Positions 50,241 to 63,237 of a stretch of DNA of 64,000 nt are shown one piece after another (within the stretch, counting starts at the first letter, position 1; each line of letters opens with the position of its first letter). The DNA is from Podarcis bocagei. Its lineage: Eukaryota. A program made the translations under genes and the position numbers. The notes under the pieces were generated by a model. It was not told where the DNA came from and made no database searches. It saw nothing but the letters and a program-made list of their open reading frames with translations. The DNA is taken from assembly GCA_964188305.1 (NCBI GenBank), contig OZ076893.1. The stretch is one strand, 5' to 3'.

Positions 50241-53200
50241 CCCGACAATGAAATGCTTTACTTAACCTGAGAGTGACTAAAACAATGTCCTCTAGGATGG
50301 TTAAGGAAACAAAATTATAGATGTATTACCCACAGAGTTAGAGTTTAAGTGAATTTTGTCTGTTTTGATTCAAGAGTATAAAGTGTTTCGCTCAAAAATG
50401 AGATTTTGCTGGTTAGAACTGAAGTTTAGAAATGTTAGATGGTTAACTGCCAATAATATCAAAAGGAATAAAGTCAACATTTCATACATTTCCCCCAGGT
50501 TGCACAGCAGAAAGAACTGAAACATAGTTACTCTTTTTCACCATTTTTTTTAAAATGTCAGTTGTTTCCAGCCAATTGTGTCAAATAGTCATCAACAGTT
50601 TTCCATTTAGGCTTCTCTTGAGAGTAAGGATGATCCCCAGGAAAAGAATTTCACTCACCCAAAACATGATATAGTGCTGTTCATTATAAATGGCAATATC
50701 TTTCTTCCTAGTTGGAGTCCAAATTATGGTGAGGTGACTACTTTTCTTTCCGCCTTTTGTATTTCCTTTGCAACCCCAAATACTCTTCAAATGCAGTGGA
50801 ACCTGTGGCTCACATGTTTTCAACCTGGTTTCCAGTCAGATGAAGCTTTGATCCTAGTAACAACTTCATTTGAACATTAAGGCATACCCACCCTTCCCTT
50901 GCCCCTCCCCACCCTTGATCTTTTGAGAAGAAACTGGGTTTTAAATAAATTGTGAGAGAGCGTTTTCCCCATTACCGGGCTAAAGATCAGAAGAAGATTC
51001 AGATGATTCAGATGTTCTTAATTATATGTATATGTAGCACAGAAGGTTTGACCCTTAAAACATCTATTAACACTCTTTCCTCTCAACCTTTATTCTCTAA
51101 AGCACAAAAGTTTAAAGCAGTTTTAAATTTGCGGACTTTAATAATAAAAAAGCAAATGAAAGCTGCATGTGTAAAGGTAAGAAGTAGTAAAGAAAAAAGT
51201 GCTGAACCTAGATCTGATGTCCGACAGATCAGTGACCCATTTGTGAAAAGCCAGTTTGGGCATTCCTTTCTCATCCCGTAATTTTTCACACCTAAGATCT
51301 TTGATTGAGTTCCTGGCAGGGGGTCTTTTTGCAATATTTTAGAAAATCCAATTGTACATTCTGTGTTCCATGTACTATTGGAAGATAAGAATAGCTCACA
51401 TGCCGGTAATAGTTTAGATATTTAATATGGTTTTTACCACTGCGAAGATAATCAACTCAATGAATGAACAATTAACTTTTAATTTACTCTCATAACTAAT
51501 ATACACAATGTTTGTATTGCCTATTATTTCAAAAGGGGATAGGAACTTATGTGGCCCAATTTCCTTTATATACACAACATACTTTGATATATTGACTATG
51601 CTTATGTTGGGGTGGGGGAATAAAGTATATTTGAGCTTGTGTTCTGAAATCTGCTCCCATTACTGCTTCTTGCATTATGGCAATCTTTGGACTAGAGCAC
51701 TGTTGTTGTTTCCTCTGAGCAATCCCTGATAAACTGTATATTTGGCGGGTTCAGCTTTGACATGACTATCTCAGCATTTTCCTTTGCAAGTATCCTGACC
51801 GCATATAGTTCTTTGCATGCTCTCTGAGTTACATTAGCAGGAAATTTTCTCTGTGCAACTGCATTTTGTGTTTGTGAAATAAACACTCCCCCTCAGGGAT
51901 AGCTCCAGAGGGTGGCAAGAGTGGGCATTTGCCTGGACCCCAAGACCAGCAGAGCCCTCCCCCCCCCCGAACAGTGCTACTGTTTCCACAGAGTAACCAA
52001 GATCATCAAGAGCAGCATAACCCAATTCTTAGCTTGTGTGTTCTACCTCTTCTAGGTGCATGTAAGAGGAGGCCCTGAACCCTGAAGCCAATGCAGCTTT
52101 CACTACAGTGGAGGCTGCATTAGGCTGTGTTATGTTCATTAGGCTCAGACAAGAGTCCTGCTTGCCAGCTATAAGGTTTTTTGTGTGCTTGACTGCAAAT
52201 TCTTTTAAAGAAACAGTTTTCAAGATAGGAAACTGCTTTGTAGAGTATTCACGTTAATTTTAGTCTAGAAATAGCTGCTAAAGAACGAAAGTACATCAGA
52301 GAACAATATCATTATATTCAGAAGGTTTCTTTATAGGAACAACATATTGCCCATTCTTTCCAAGGCTATTATGTGTGATAAGCATTAGAAATTTTGCTTA
52401 TCTTGTTGGAAGCTTCTTTCCTACCAGAACTGTTTAACATGCATGTCTGCACATAAACAAAGAAGCTGAGAACACTGTTAGCATAGAGTAATGGCCCAGA
52501 ATTCCCTAGGAGGAAGAAATCATGCTCCTATTTCATCAGACATCATTTTAGTATATAAAGCTACTGTTGTGGTGCCTTCAGAGTCAGAGAGTTAACAGCC
52601 AAAAATAGCATCTGAAAACCTGAACCAGCCAAGGTCATGAGGTGGTCGTACTGTAAGTTTGTGTTCCTTTCTCCTCCAGGCATATCATATGGTTGTCATT
52701 TTCAAGTATCTCCTATGTTGTCCACAATTTCTTTCTTTGGACTCCTGATAGATGGTTTTGGCATTAACGCATTTCAGTGGAACTACTTGGAATTTCACAA
52801 AAGAAACTGAAATAGGCAGAAAACACTGCCTGCTAAGCTTGTGGAAGCAATCCAAGAGGCTCACGTGGATTCAGATTCTCTTATTTTGCAAGAGATTATA
52901 TTGCCTAGGACTTTTGAGATCATACATTTATGATACAAGCAGATTGTTTTCAGCATAAACATTTTAAAATGATTTAATGTAACTAACCTGCAGAGAGAGA
53001 GGAATTACTTTTGCTACTTAGTGGTGCATGAGGATTAAAAAGCATTCTTGCAAAGATAAATTATGCCACACCTCTGGCTGGTTGACTGCTACATATTGAT
53101 AAGCCATATTGCTGTGCGCTCTTTCCCCTCCAGTAAGTGTGGCTTGGAGAAATGGGAAATGCAGTTTTTCACATCTGAGTGGCTTTATGCTTCAAGATGT

Positions 53201-54939
53201 TGGGTATTTAAATGTTCAGAGGGAAATTCTGTTTTGCAAGGAAGGTGGGAGTCATACCAAAATAAGACATACATATTTGAAATATTCTGGGTTTTGCACA
53301 ACTTAAAATATTTGCAAAGAGTTATGAAATCCTAACATCAGATTATTTGTACTGAATCTACTAGTAGTCAACTTAATTGGATCACACAGTTTCTAGTACT
53401 CTATTCTCTGCTCATGAATACAGAGTTTTGTAAGCAGATCTCCTACCAGTCCTCCCCCCGCTCTGGATTTTAAAGTGTAAATCTCAGAAATACTGCCATA
53501 CAAATAAATGAGTTGGAGCCACCAAACGATTGGACTGGGGAAGAGGGTGGCAGGCAAGTCAAGCAGCTGGGATGTTTTTAGAAGGCAGTAATAAGCGTAG
53601 GCTGTGGCCTCAACTCTACATCTTGTTCAAGGCCTTATAATATCAATAAGTTGTTGATCAACACTCATAAAGTGCCTAGCATTTTCTAAGCATTGTATAG
53701 ATATTCAAAGATAAAACAGTCCCTGCCCACAGGCTCACAAGGGCCACGTTTGCACATAGATTATTTTTGGCCATGAACATCCTGATCTGGGCCATTTTGT
53801 TCCTGCCTGCTTAGCAGGTGAGAGAAACAAACCACAGTCTCTCTCTTCATTTTATTACTGAACCAGATATCATGAACCACCATCAGTAAGCCAAAAACAA
53901 ACCTTAACTATTATTTACCATGACATGCGAAGAGGGCCGAAGGAACCTTGGAACAACTGCTCCTTTTCTGGCCAGTGTACATGGTTTTCACTCTTGCCAT
54001 GGGGTACAACCTCCCAGTGGCCCTAAGAGGCTCCCTCTGGCTGGTGCAGTATCTGAAGTGTGCCTCATTGCTTCATAATAAACTGTGTGACACATCACTG
54101 TCAGTAACTGTGTTGTTTCAACAGTCTTCTCCTTTAGCAATTTGATGGTGACTCTAGCACACACACAACATGACTAAAAATCCTGGCTCAAACTTTGCCT
54201 AGGAACCTTGCTGTTATGATCCTGAACTGAGGGGCTTGAGCAGTAAGCCATGGTCCAAACCTTGGTGATGTATGCCTGGCATTAATAGGTGACACACTGC
54301 TACATAGCATCCATTAAAACTGGTAGAATAAATTTGAGCTGCGCCATTGAGCAACTACTTCCCTTTTGAGACCACAGAGCTTACTCAAGAATCAAAGTAA
54401 CTTCTCTAGAAACGTATATGGTATGAATTTAACCTTCCTGATAGAATGTGTTTGGAAAGGAACAGTATTATTAATTTGGAAACATGCCAAAAAACCCACC
54501 CAACACCCTAGCAGCAACTTTCAGAGAGCGGAGGTCTTTCCTGCATGCATTAGGAACATTTGTGTGAGGTTATCCCACTGCTGATTAGGTAAATCAAAAA
54601 AAGTTCCCAGAACTTAACATTTCCAGGGAGAGAGGTTCTGTTAATGACTCTTAAACTTGACTGAGCATGAAATTAAAAAAAGAGTCTTCAGTCACTCCCT
54701 CTGGTGTTTAGATGCATGCCAGCCGGCACAGAAAGCACCTACACTACTTTGGTGTGTGAGAAGACAATGGAGCCATGAGATTTTTATATAAACAACTTTG
54801 TATTCATGGTGAACTCAGGGAATACTAAAGTGGTCTGTTGATAGACTTGCACTTGGTGAGTGATCAAATCCCATGTCAGCCACCAGGACCACTGGCACTA
54901 GCATGCGAAGGATGCACATGATTCCATAAGCTACTAATG

Positions 54940-55330
54940 TTCCTACATACCGAACAGATCTGTTCCCGTGTAACAAAAAGGTGATCAATGGAGAAAGGGA
55001 AAGAAGAGGGACAGAATCATCAAGACCTACAGAGGAAACGGGAGTTGAGGAAGGAGTGTTCAACTGTATCAAAAGCAGGCAGAGAAGCCAAGGAGGATAA
55101 GGACTTGAATAGAGACGTTTTGGATTTAGCAGGATAGTTTTGGTGAGGGCAGTTTTAGTGGAGTGCTGAGGGTAGAAGGAGGGGGACCAAAATCAGGCTT
55201 GAAGGAGAGAAAGTTGAGGAGTAAGCAGTATGCTCAGTGGCTTTGGGGAGAAAGGAAATTGCACAATAATTGGCGAGAGCAGATGGGTCAAGAGGTGATT
55301 TGTTTATTTTAGAATAAGGGAAGCTGTGTT
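54940..55330 (-). mobile_element. Ancient L2 RT fragment
   Basis: Minus-strand translation KSPLDPSALANYCAISFLP resembles the KKPSLDPxxxxNYRPISxLP motif. Confidence 0.65.
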
Positions 55331-56559
55331 TTACGTATATACTCCTTCCAATCTGTAATGTCAGTCTTGGTGTACATGAGTAAGATCTCATGCAACCCTG
55401 CACTATAATTATTAGATTTATTTTGTAGGTTGCAGGTGCATCAGAAAGCGGGAAATGAGTGAGACTGAATACGAGTGTGCAAATACATATTATTACTGGC
55501 ACACATCAGGTCAGAATTATTCAGCAAATACTCTGAAATGCGTTTGATCATACACTGGAAGTGTTAATAATTTATATTATACCTTATTAGTAAAACCTTT
55601 TGTTTCTGCTGCTGTCGCAGCCAAAACAAGTTGAAAGGCTACTTCCAGAACAGTTAATATGTTTGCCTTGTTGTTGGTAATTTTTACACCTGACTTTGGG
55701 GATTTCATAAAATATAAACTATTACTGAGGTTTGATTAACAGTTCCATTCCCCCCCCCCCCAATATATGTTCTTTGCTTCTCCTTTCTCTTGTTCTATTT
55801 GAACAAAGTGCCCATTAAAGTGAACTGGGATGGCTGCTCTCAGTTTTCACTTCTTTCATGCAAAAACGTACATATTTCATGCTGTATTGTCAAAAAGGGA
55901 AAGGATTAATTATTAAAATTCTGTCATTATGGGCGGGGGAGCGCCTTGCGGCATTTCAGGGATTTCATGTAAATCTATGATGTTTGGGTCTGGGGGAGGA
56001 ATCCCCATTAGTAATGAGGCTTCTCAAGACACAGTTAATTTCAAGCTGCAAATGTTGGATTTAACATGACTTCAAGACATGACACTGAACTCATTCTCTG
56101 AGTGGTTTTAAATATTTGCTAAATATTGATACTGACAGTATACTAATGGTATTTACTATGTGATTCGTATAGTAGAGGCCACTGTCCAAAAAACAAATAG
56201 TTTCATGCTTTGCTCTAATTCTCTTAGATCTAATGACTGATATAAAAATAATCAAAATAGTTTTGATGCCACAGATATGTACTGCCATTGGACGTCCAGT
56301 TTTTAAGGGTGGTAGATTGTAAGCTCATTAATATGCCTTGGGCATTTTATTACTAACAACGGTTGAAAATTCATGATGCAAAAAAATTATAATGGTATCC
56401 TATTCTTTATATTGCTGTTTCTTCCTATATTGTTGCATAATTGATTATTTTTGCCTGTTCCTACGTTTTATCTAGCCCGTTTGTGTTTGTAAATTTTTGT
56501 TTCCAGTATTCTACAAAAACCATTCTTATTATTATTATCATATATCAAATCCTATAGGT

Positions 56560-57450
56560 AAGAAGAAGCAACAGTGAATCCAATGTTCAGTACATCCCTA
56601 TATCTTTTCCATTATAATATTTATCTTTTTCCATACAGTGCTTCTTTGATTCTGGTGGTCCAAGAACAAGTCTATCACAAATGATAAATATCACCTTTCA
56701 CAGTTAGGAATTCGAGAACATTTTTGTCTTGCTTATCAGGAAAGCAGCAATAAACTCCGATAAGCAACTTGTAGTAATTTTCCTCAAGCGTCCATATTTA
56801 GCAGAAAGGTTTGGCAGTTATTGAAAAATGTTCCCATATTTGCATAGATATCTTCTCTTTGATGCCCAGAGTACAATTCACTGTATTTCTTATACCTTTT
56901 TCAAATTTATATTTTTATTTCTGCAAGATTTTATAGATTCTTCACAAGCTTTGTTTATTATTCCTTCTCCCATATTATTAAAACTCTTAATTGGATATTT
57001 GATCTCAAAAAGTAATTTAGATGGATCTAATTTGGGGGGAAAACTCAAACTAAGCAGAGAACCTTTTACCCAAAGTTGATTTTTAAAGAAAACTTAAATT
57101 GTGTTGTCATCATTTCATCTGAATACACAATTACCCCTTCATGTCCCATGTTTTTCCCACATAAATTCTAATTAATCATCAACTACAGAAGCTAGTGGGG
57201 ATTTGGGGCAGGACTTGTTCTTACTTAGTATTTATCCCAGATCTATAGAAGATTAAAGTGCCTTTTTCTTTGTACCCCGGGAGCATAAACTACTGTTGGC
57301 CAATAATAATGCTTGTGGATAATGTCTTAATAAAGCTTTTTCAAACAGACATATCAATAAATTTGGATTTTTAATCCAATCAATGATGCCTTGGACATTT
57401 TCCCAGCAAGTAAACCATATCATAAAAACCTCTGCCAAGAGAGTCTTGGG
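56560..57450 (-). mobile_element. Decayed L1-clade LINE ORF2 C-terminal fragment
   Basis: Minus strand, across frameshifts, gives IIDWIKNP, L-ENYYKLL and GDIYHL**TC, which are L1 C-terminal / cysteine-rich region motifs. The minus strand is A-rich. Confidence 0.65.
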
Positions 57451-58201
57451 TGTTGTTAGCTTACCAAATTAAAGAGTAAAATGAAGCATTCTTCACACTG
57501 GAACTCTTGGCCTTGGCTGAAACTCAGAAAGAAAGATTGGCCCTGCAGTAAACCATATTCACTCATTAGGCTTTCTTTGGTCATGCAGATACTCCTATTC
57601 TAGTTTAGGTAACATTGATCAAATTAGGCATTTGTCTAAGCACAATTTATAAATGTAAAAATTTATCACTTAGAAAGTAAAACATATTCACTGAATATAG
57701 GGTATACTGTAAATTGATAATGGGATAAAGAAAACTAATAGGCATCCAAGGAAATAATTAGATTCCTCTGTGCAAGCTTTTCTTCCAAGTTTAATCAGTC
57801 TACAAAATGAAGTCTATTATGAGGTAGCTTTTGTTGCAAATTAGTGAAATGTTTAATAATTGGTACTCTGTGGTTTCCAGTTTATTTCTCCATATAAAGG
57901 TTAATTAGCTTTGACTCCAGGAATGAATAGCTGTAGCCAGTTATTAATTTTTCAGATTCATTAGGCAATTGATTTTAATTACTCTGTCTGTCGCTACATG
58001 GAAATAGCCATCTATTTATGTAATATTTTATGATGGAAGCCTAGTACTACCTTCCGAATGGTGGATACAGTTTAGTATTCTTTTATTCCCATGGCTTTAA
58101 CACCTTTCTGCATAACAACCTCACGTTCCACAAGTTTCCAACACCTGTAGTTCATTCATGCACCACAAGTCATTGCTGCCTTAGATGTTTAAAAAGGAAT
58201 C

Positions 58202-58715
58202 TGTGGGCCAGGGTGGGGGTGCTGGAAGGCAGGCACCCAGGGATGCAGAGGTCCTCTCCCTATGAGCCTAGATGTCAGAGAGGGAGAAACAGAGCTGCTG
58301 GCATGCTCCTTTGGTGGAGCACAGAGCCTCATCAGGGAGGGAGGAGGACTACAACCAGCCAGGAGGGTCTGAAGGAGGAAGAGGTGGTGGCAGAGCTGGA
58401 AGCAGAGAGGCAGGTCACTGTTTTATCATCAAGAACCAGACGCTGCCTTCATAAGTGGAATCAGACAGTGCGCACATAGCCGACACATAGGGCAAGTTGC
58501 CTCATCTTTAAAAGCTTGGTGGGAGGGCTGTGTCAACCATTGGGACATCTTTCATTTGCTTATGAACCTCTTACCTTGCTCATGTACCTTGTAATCTTGA
58601 CTACTAAACCTTGTGCTTGCTGCCAAGGCTATACTGCTATTAGCCCAAATAAAGATAGCAACACGTACTGGTAAATAAGGATGATATCAGTGTATTTTGG
58701 GATGGGTGCCTGACA
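58202..58715 (+). mobile_element. Probable Gypsy-type solo LTR
   Basis: TGT...TGACA termini, a purine-rich U3 (ggaggaagagg, agaaccagacgc), TATA-like TTTAAAAG at about 58508 and AATAAA at about 58648. TSD not clean. Confidence 0.55.
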
Positions 58716-59882
58716 GCTGAAGTAATCAAGGTACTGAGAGTCCCTGTGGGATCAAAGGCTAGCTCTGAACTGAAGATCCAGGAGGAATCTCCTGGAAAGG
58801 TCTAGATGAGATACTGGAAGCAGGTTTATGCACTTGTAGCATAAGATGATCATTCCAAAGACAAAGTTGATCACGAGCCAGGAATTCATCTGAAGGAGGA
58901 TTGCTAAATAATGTAGGGCAGTGACGGGGAGGAAAATTATATAGGCAAGGTATGAAAACAAGAGGGCCAGCAGGCACCAATGTACACAGAGAGGGGAGGC
59001 AGATGGGCAAAGAGACAAAGACAGAGACCTGACTGATAAGTATTTTTAGTCACACCACGTCAGTAAGAGCCAAAGGACTGCTGGAGTAAGTCAGATTGGG
59101 CAGTGATGGATTTACTGTTAATACACCAATAGAAGAACAACAGGAGTATATACCTGATGTTTCCTTCAGGTTTGTAACCTTAGCAGCAAAAGCGGTTGTA
59201 AGCACACCTGGATATTCCTCCCAAATGATATCTATAATAGAAAACAATGAAATAGTGCATATTTCAGGTGCTGGGAAGCTACAGTTGGCCATAATCTTCC
59301 AGAGTGTGTGCAGTGAAATAGATGCACATGCCAATCACACATGCTTTTTTCCCCCTGTGTGGAAAAGTAGCTCCGAGTATGATCAATAAGATGGATGTTT
59401 TAGTGCAGGCACCTCCTGAGAGAGATGGGGAAAGAACTTCAGAGGATGTTAGAAGACTGCTGAGCTGGCATACTGTGGGACAGAAATTTTCAGACTTAGT
59501 GGTGCTGTACAATGGGAAAGACAACAGTGCTGCTGGTCCACTTTATCACTGACTGCAGATTTGCCTTTTAAGGAAACAGAAATACTAAAGGGAAAATACA
59601 GATCTCAAATGAATTGGCATGAGTTATGTTGTAAAATAGGATTTTAGTCTACAGTGATGTTAACAGCTTTATTGCTTTGGCAGTTAATTTCATTGAAAAA
59701 GCCAATTCCATGTTGCAACGGCCTCAGCTCTTTGTTTTATACAATTGTACTATATTATTTAATTTATTCTAAGCTACAAGAGAATTGGCTTGTTGAAAGT
59801 TGAAGGGAATTTTCCTTTGTACTTGATATGTGCCAAATGTTCTTTGCATCTTTCTCAATTTAATTTCTGCATTTCTCCACAG

Positions 59883-60074
59883 GAGTTCAGACATGCACTG
59901 GAGAACAGCTCAGAATCAAAAGCCTGTCCATCTGCTGAGAGGCATAAAGGACCATTGAGCTACAGGATGGCAATGCAGTTGCCTTGGCAACAAGGGGGAG
60001 GTGTACTGAAGGCGCTGTCACTAAGTGTGACTCTTCTGGCAGTCCTTATTGCCTTTTACTATCGAGGTGTTTAA
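59883..60074 (+). CDS. CDKAL1: CDKAL1 terminal coding exon (63 aa + TAA), with C-terminal hydrophobic tail anchor VLKALSLSVTLLAVLIAFYY
   Basis: Strong acceptor tttctgcatttctccacAG ends at 59882. The exon starts EFRH (human DFRN), is about the same length as the human last coding segment, and ends in one transmembrane segment followed by a short basic tail and a stop, as in ER-anchored CDKAL1. Confidence 0.9.
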   Translation, partial: EFRHALENSSESKACPSAERHKGPLSYRMAMQLPWQQGGGVLKALSLSVTLLAVLIAFYYRGV

Positions 60075-60403
60075 GTGGAAATCTGAACTGAATGATGACA
60101 TCGTCAGGAAATATAACAAGATGGTTGAAAACGTCAGAGTAAAAAGTCGGACAATTTATACGCCAAGGCCTTACCTTGTAATCATAATCTAGATAAGACT
60201 CTCCTACATTGGTATAAGTTATTTAGTTATTTTTCCAAGATCAAGTTAACAGGCTTTTCCACGCTTTTGCATTTTAAAAGAAAGTGTTTGTCTGCATATA
60301 CCAGATTCATATTTGCCACCCATAGGTGTATGTTTTAGAAAATTAAGTTATTGAAGTATTTTTCTTAAGTCAAACAGTTGATAATGCACTTATGTGAAGC
60401 CTT

Positions 60404-60409
60404 ATTAAA
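60404..60409 (+). terminator. Candidate CDKAL1 polyadenylation signal ATTAAA (3'UTR about 60075-60430)
   Basis: ATTAAA lies about 330 nt after the stop, with a U/GU-rich element (tcttttgtgtctt) about 35 nt downstream. An L1 fragment begins shortly after. Confidence 0.55.
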
Positions 60410-60599
60410 CTTCCTCTCTTAATATACCTAGAAACATGTCATCTTTTGTGTCTTAATGAAATGTTCAGTTCAAAAGTTGCTGGGCATTCAGACTATAAAA
60501 GTTGTAACTATTGATTTCTATTGTTATATATTTTCTTCATGTTCATAAGAATGAGTAGTTCAGACTCTAAATGCAAACAACAAAACTAAAATACAGTAA

Positions 60600-61200
60600 A
60601 TCGCTTTAGAATCCATTCTCTCAAATACGTAAAGGTCCAGAGGAGATAAGGCAATATTGAAAGTTGTGAATGTTTTGCTATTCCCTCATTTAGTGTCTTT
60701 CGTCCCTGGCTAAAGCATCATCTGTCCATATGTGCTTCCTAAAGCAAGAACATGTGCAGATTACAATTTTGCAGTTCCCCAAATAATGACGCATTCTTGA
60801 GATTGGGTAAAGCAGAATGTTTTCTTGGTTGGTTTTCACCCATCAGAATGCCTCCTGCCAATTTGCTACAAGTGAGTATCTCTGCTTTATCCTTTATAGG
60901 GTTGATCTTCATGAGTACCTCCATCCCAAATTCTCACTACCTATGGACACTCCCACCACAGATGAATAAAAGTATCAGATTGATAGCAAACAGACCTGTA
61001 GTCTGGGGTCACGGTACCCAGTTTGTGTGTTACTTTCACTTGGGTATAATACTGTCTGTGGATTGTTTTTAATATATCCTCTCTGATATAGATAGAAGCA
61101 GATAATAGACACTCTACTTTCCAGATGCTTTCCCACTGACTAGGTGGAATTTCCACCATATATCTTCCAAACCACACTAAGGGCAATCAGTCTCCCATGG
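60600..61200 (-). mobile_element. L1-clade LINE ORF2 C-terminal fragment
   Basis: WESIWK...SASIYIREDILKTIHRQYYT...VCYQSDTFIHLWWECP matches the L1 zinc-knuckle-like CxxC..GTxxHxWWxCP region. Confidence 0.85.
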
Positions 61201-62501
61201 TATGCTAGTGCAGCATACAATACATATTTGAAACCATGCCTAAAACCAAGGCCTCAAAAGTTGCAAGACTCTAAGTAACCTGCTCTTGAATTTCTCTGCT
61301 GGAAATTAAATTACTGGCCTGATGGATATTAGGCCCATTAACTTGAACATTGGATAAATCTTGTCTCTTCATTGTTCTTCCATCAGTGGATGGGTGTAGA
61401 AATTTATCTGTTTTTATTTATTACTGCTTATATTATTTTTGAGAAGGGGGATCTCCAAGTAGTTTACAGCCTATCTTAAAAGATCAAATACAAAAAATTC
61501 TAGAGAAATTCTGCATTACATAAAACACCACAATTAACAGCTTAAACATTGGCATAAAACATTTCCCCAAACAGCCACATTTTTAAATAGTGTAATTAGC
61601 AACTAAGCAAAATAAAAATAAAAATAATCACACTAACCTACCATATGCCCAATCAATCATGCAATTAAATGAGCCAATTAAATTCCCAGCCCCTTAAACA
61701 AAAAGAAACACAGCCTAATCTAACCACAGCTAAAATGCATCCCACTCAGTTCCACTCAAACACACCCTTACATAATCAACAGACTCACAACAAACACATA
61801 AACACTATAAACTGAAATACCCAAACTTCACTCCTCTTGCACACCCTTCAGTCAAACTATCCACACTGTGCAGCCAGTCCCAGAGTTCAGTGTCACATCC
61901 TTAAGCAACAATCCCCCACATAACTTCGCTATGAGACTCATGACAAAGCTAGCAAAATGCCAACATACACAGCAAGTAGCAACACACACACAAGCATTCA
62001 TACCAAGCACTCCCCATCTCCAGGCTCTCACTTTGGGGATTACAGAAACCACTGTCAACCGTAACACTTGACCTAAAGTAAAGTAAAATCTATTGCCAAT
62101 CATATTACCATGAGATACCTGAAACATGTAAACATACATACACACACACACACACATTAAATTTATATATTGCTCTTCATCTTAGGATCCCAGGGCAGTT
62201 TACAGCATATTGCAACACAAAAATGTGTAATTTAATAAACAAAACAATAACCCCGCTTCCCCTTCTACCTGACCTCTAATCAACTTCCGTCATCCTGATT
62301 TGACCTCCTGGCAGAGTAAGCCACCCAGTAATTCTCATAGTTGCACTTATTAACATGACTTGAGGTGAGAACACTCCAGCAGATATTTGCAAGGAGAACC
62401 CTGATTTGCGCTTGGCATACCTTTGCACTCATCACCTGAGGTTGGAAACTTAAATCCTATGGATATGGGCACTTTGATTCCCCCTACCCCACACTCTAGA
62501 C

Positions 62502-62637
62502 CAGGGTTTCCCAAACTTAGGTCTCCAGCAGTTTTGGGACTACAATTCCCATCATCCCTGACTATTCATCCTGCTAGCTAGGGATGATGGGAGTTGTAGT
62601 CCAAAAATAGCTGGAGACCCAAGTTTGGGAAACCTTG
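62502..62637. mobile_element. Palindromic hAT-Charlie MITE
   Basis: CAGGGTTTCCCAAACTT...ggactacaattcccatcatccct / agggatgatgggagttgtagtcc...AAGTTTGGGAAACCTTG forms a near-complete inverted repeat. Left flank ctctagac is a typical target. Confidence 0.88.
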
Positions 62638-63170
62638 CTCTTCTTTCCTTTGGTTCCTTCCCTGGGCGACTGACCCTTTAAGAGATCTTTTTCTTAAGCC
62701 TCAGTGTTCCATTTTGGTGGCAACTATCCTAGCTCAGGTGGCTCCAACCTTTGGTCAGCTTAGCTGCCCTTCATACCCTCCTGCTCCCTTTTATCATCTG
62801 TTTTTGTCTGAATCATCAGGCAATGCACAGCCTTTTGCTCCTACTTCACCTGTAGGACTCCACTGGCCTTCACTTCTCTACCACAGAACTCCCAGGCAAC
62901 CCCATGGGCTTGGCACCCAAGACAATTTACGAGCATCTCCCTTGGAAGAACTGTGTTGGCAGTCCCCTTGGAACTTTTCCTGAGTAATCAGCCTTCTGGT
63001 TCTGTGAAAAGCAATGCATCCTTTCCTGTAATAAATTGTATATTCTTTTACTCTAAGCCTTGGTCTTTTGTCTGTTGATTCCACCTGATATAACTATAAC
63101 GTATGTTCAATTTGCCCTGTGGTGACCCTGAGCTAAAGATCTAGTGCAAGTTCCTCCAGTACATGGGTCT

Positions 63171-63237
63171 TTCTTGCATTGAAGGGGGCTGGACTAGATG
63201 ACCCTTGGGTTCCTGCCAACTCTACGATTCTATGATT
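63171..63237 (+). mobile_element. CR1 LINE 3' end
   Basis: gggggctggactagatgaccct...ccaactctacgattctatgatt, with the CR1 terminal (ATTCTRTG) repeat. Confidence 0.9.

Noticed and set aside
63090-63101. TAACTATAACG resembling the start of the I-CeuI / LSU rRNA site
   Set aside because: The match is only 11 nt, with no flanking rRNA similarity.
62270-63130. Possible additional solo LTR around the hAT MITE (AATAAA at about 63030)
   Set aside because: I could not define TG...CA termini or a TSD.
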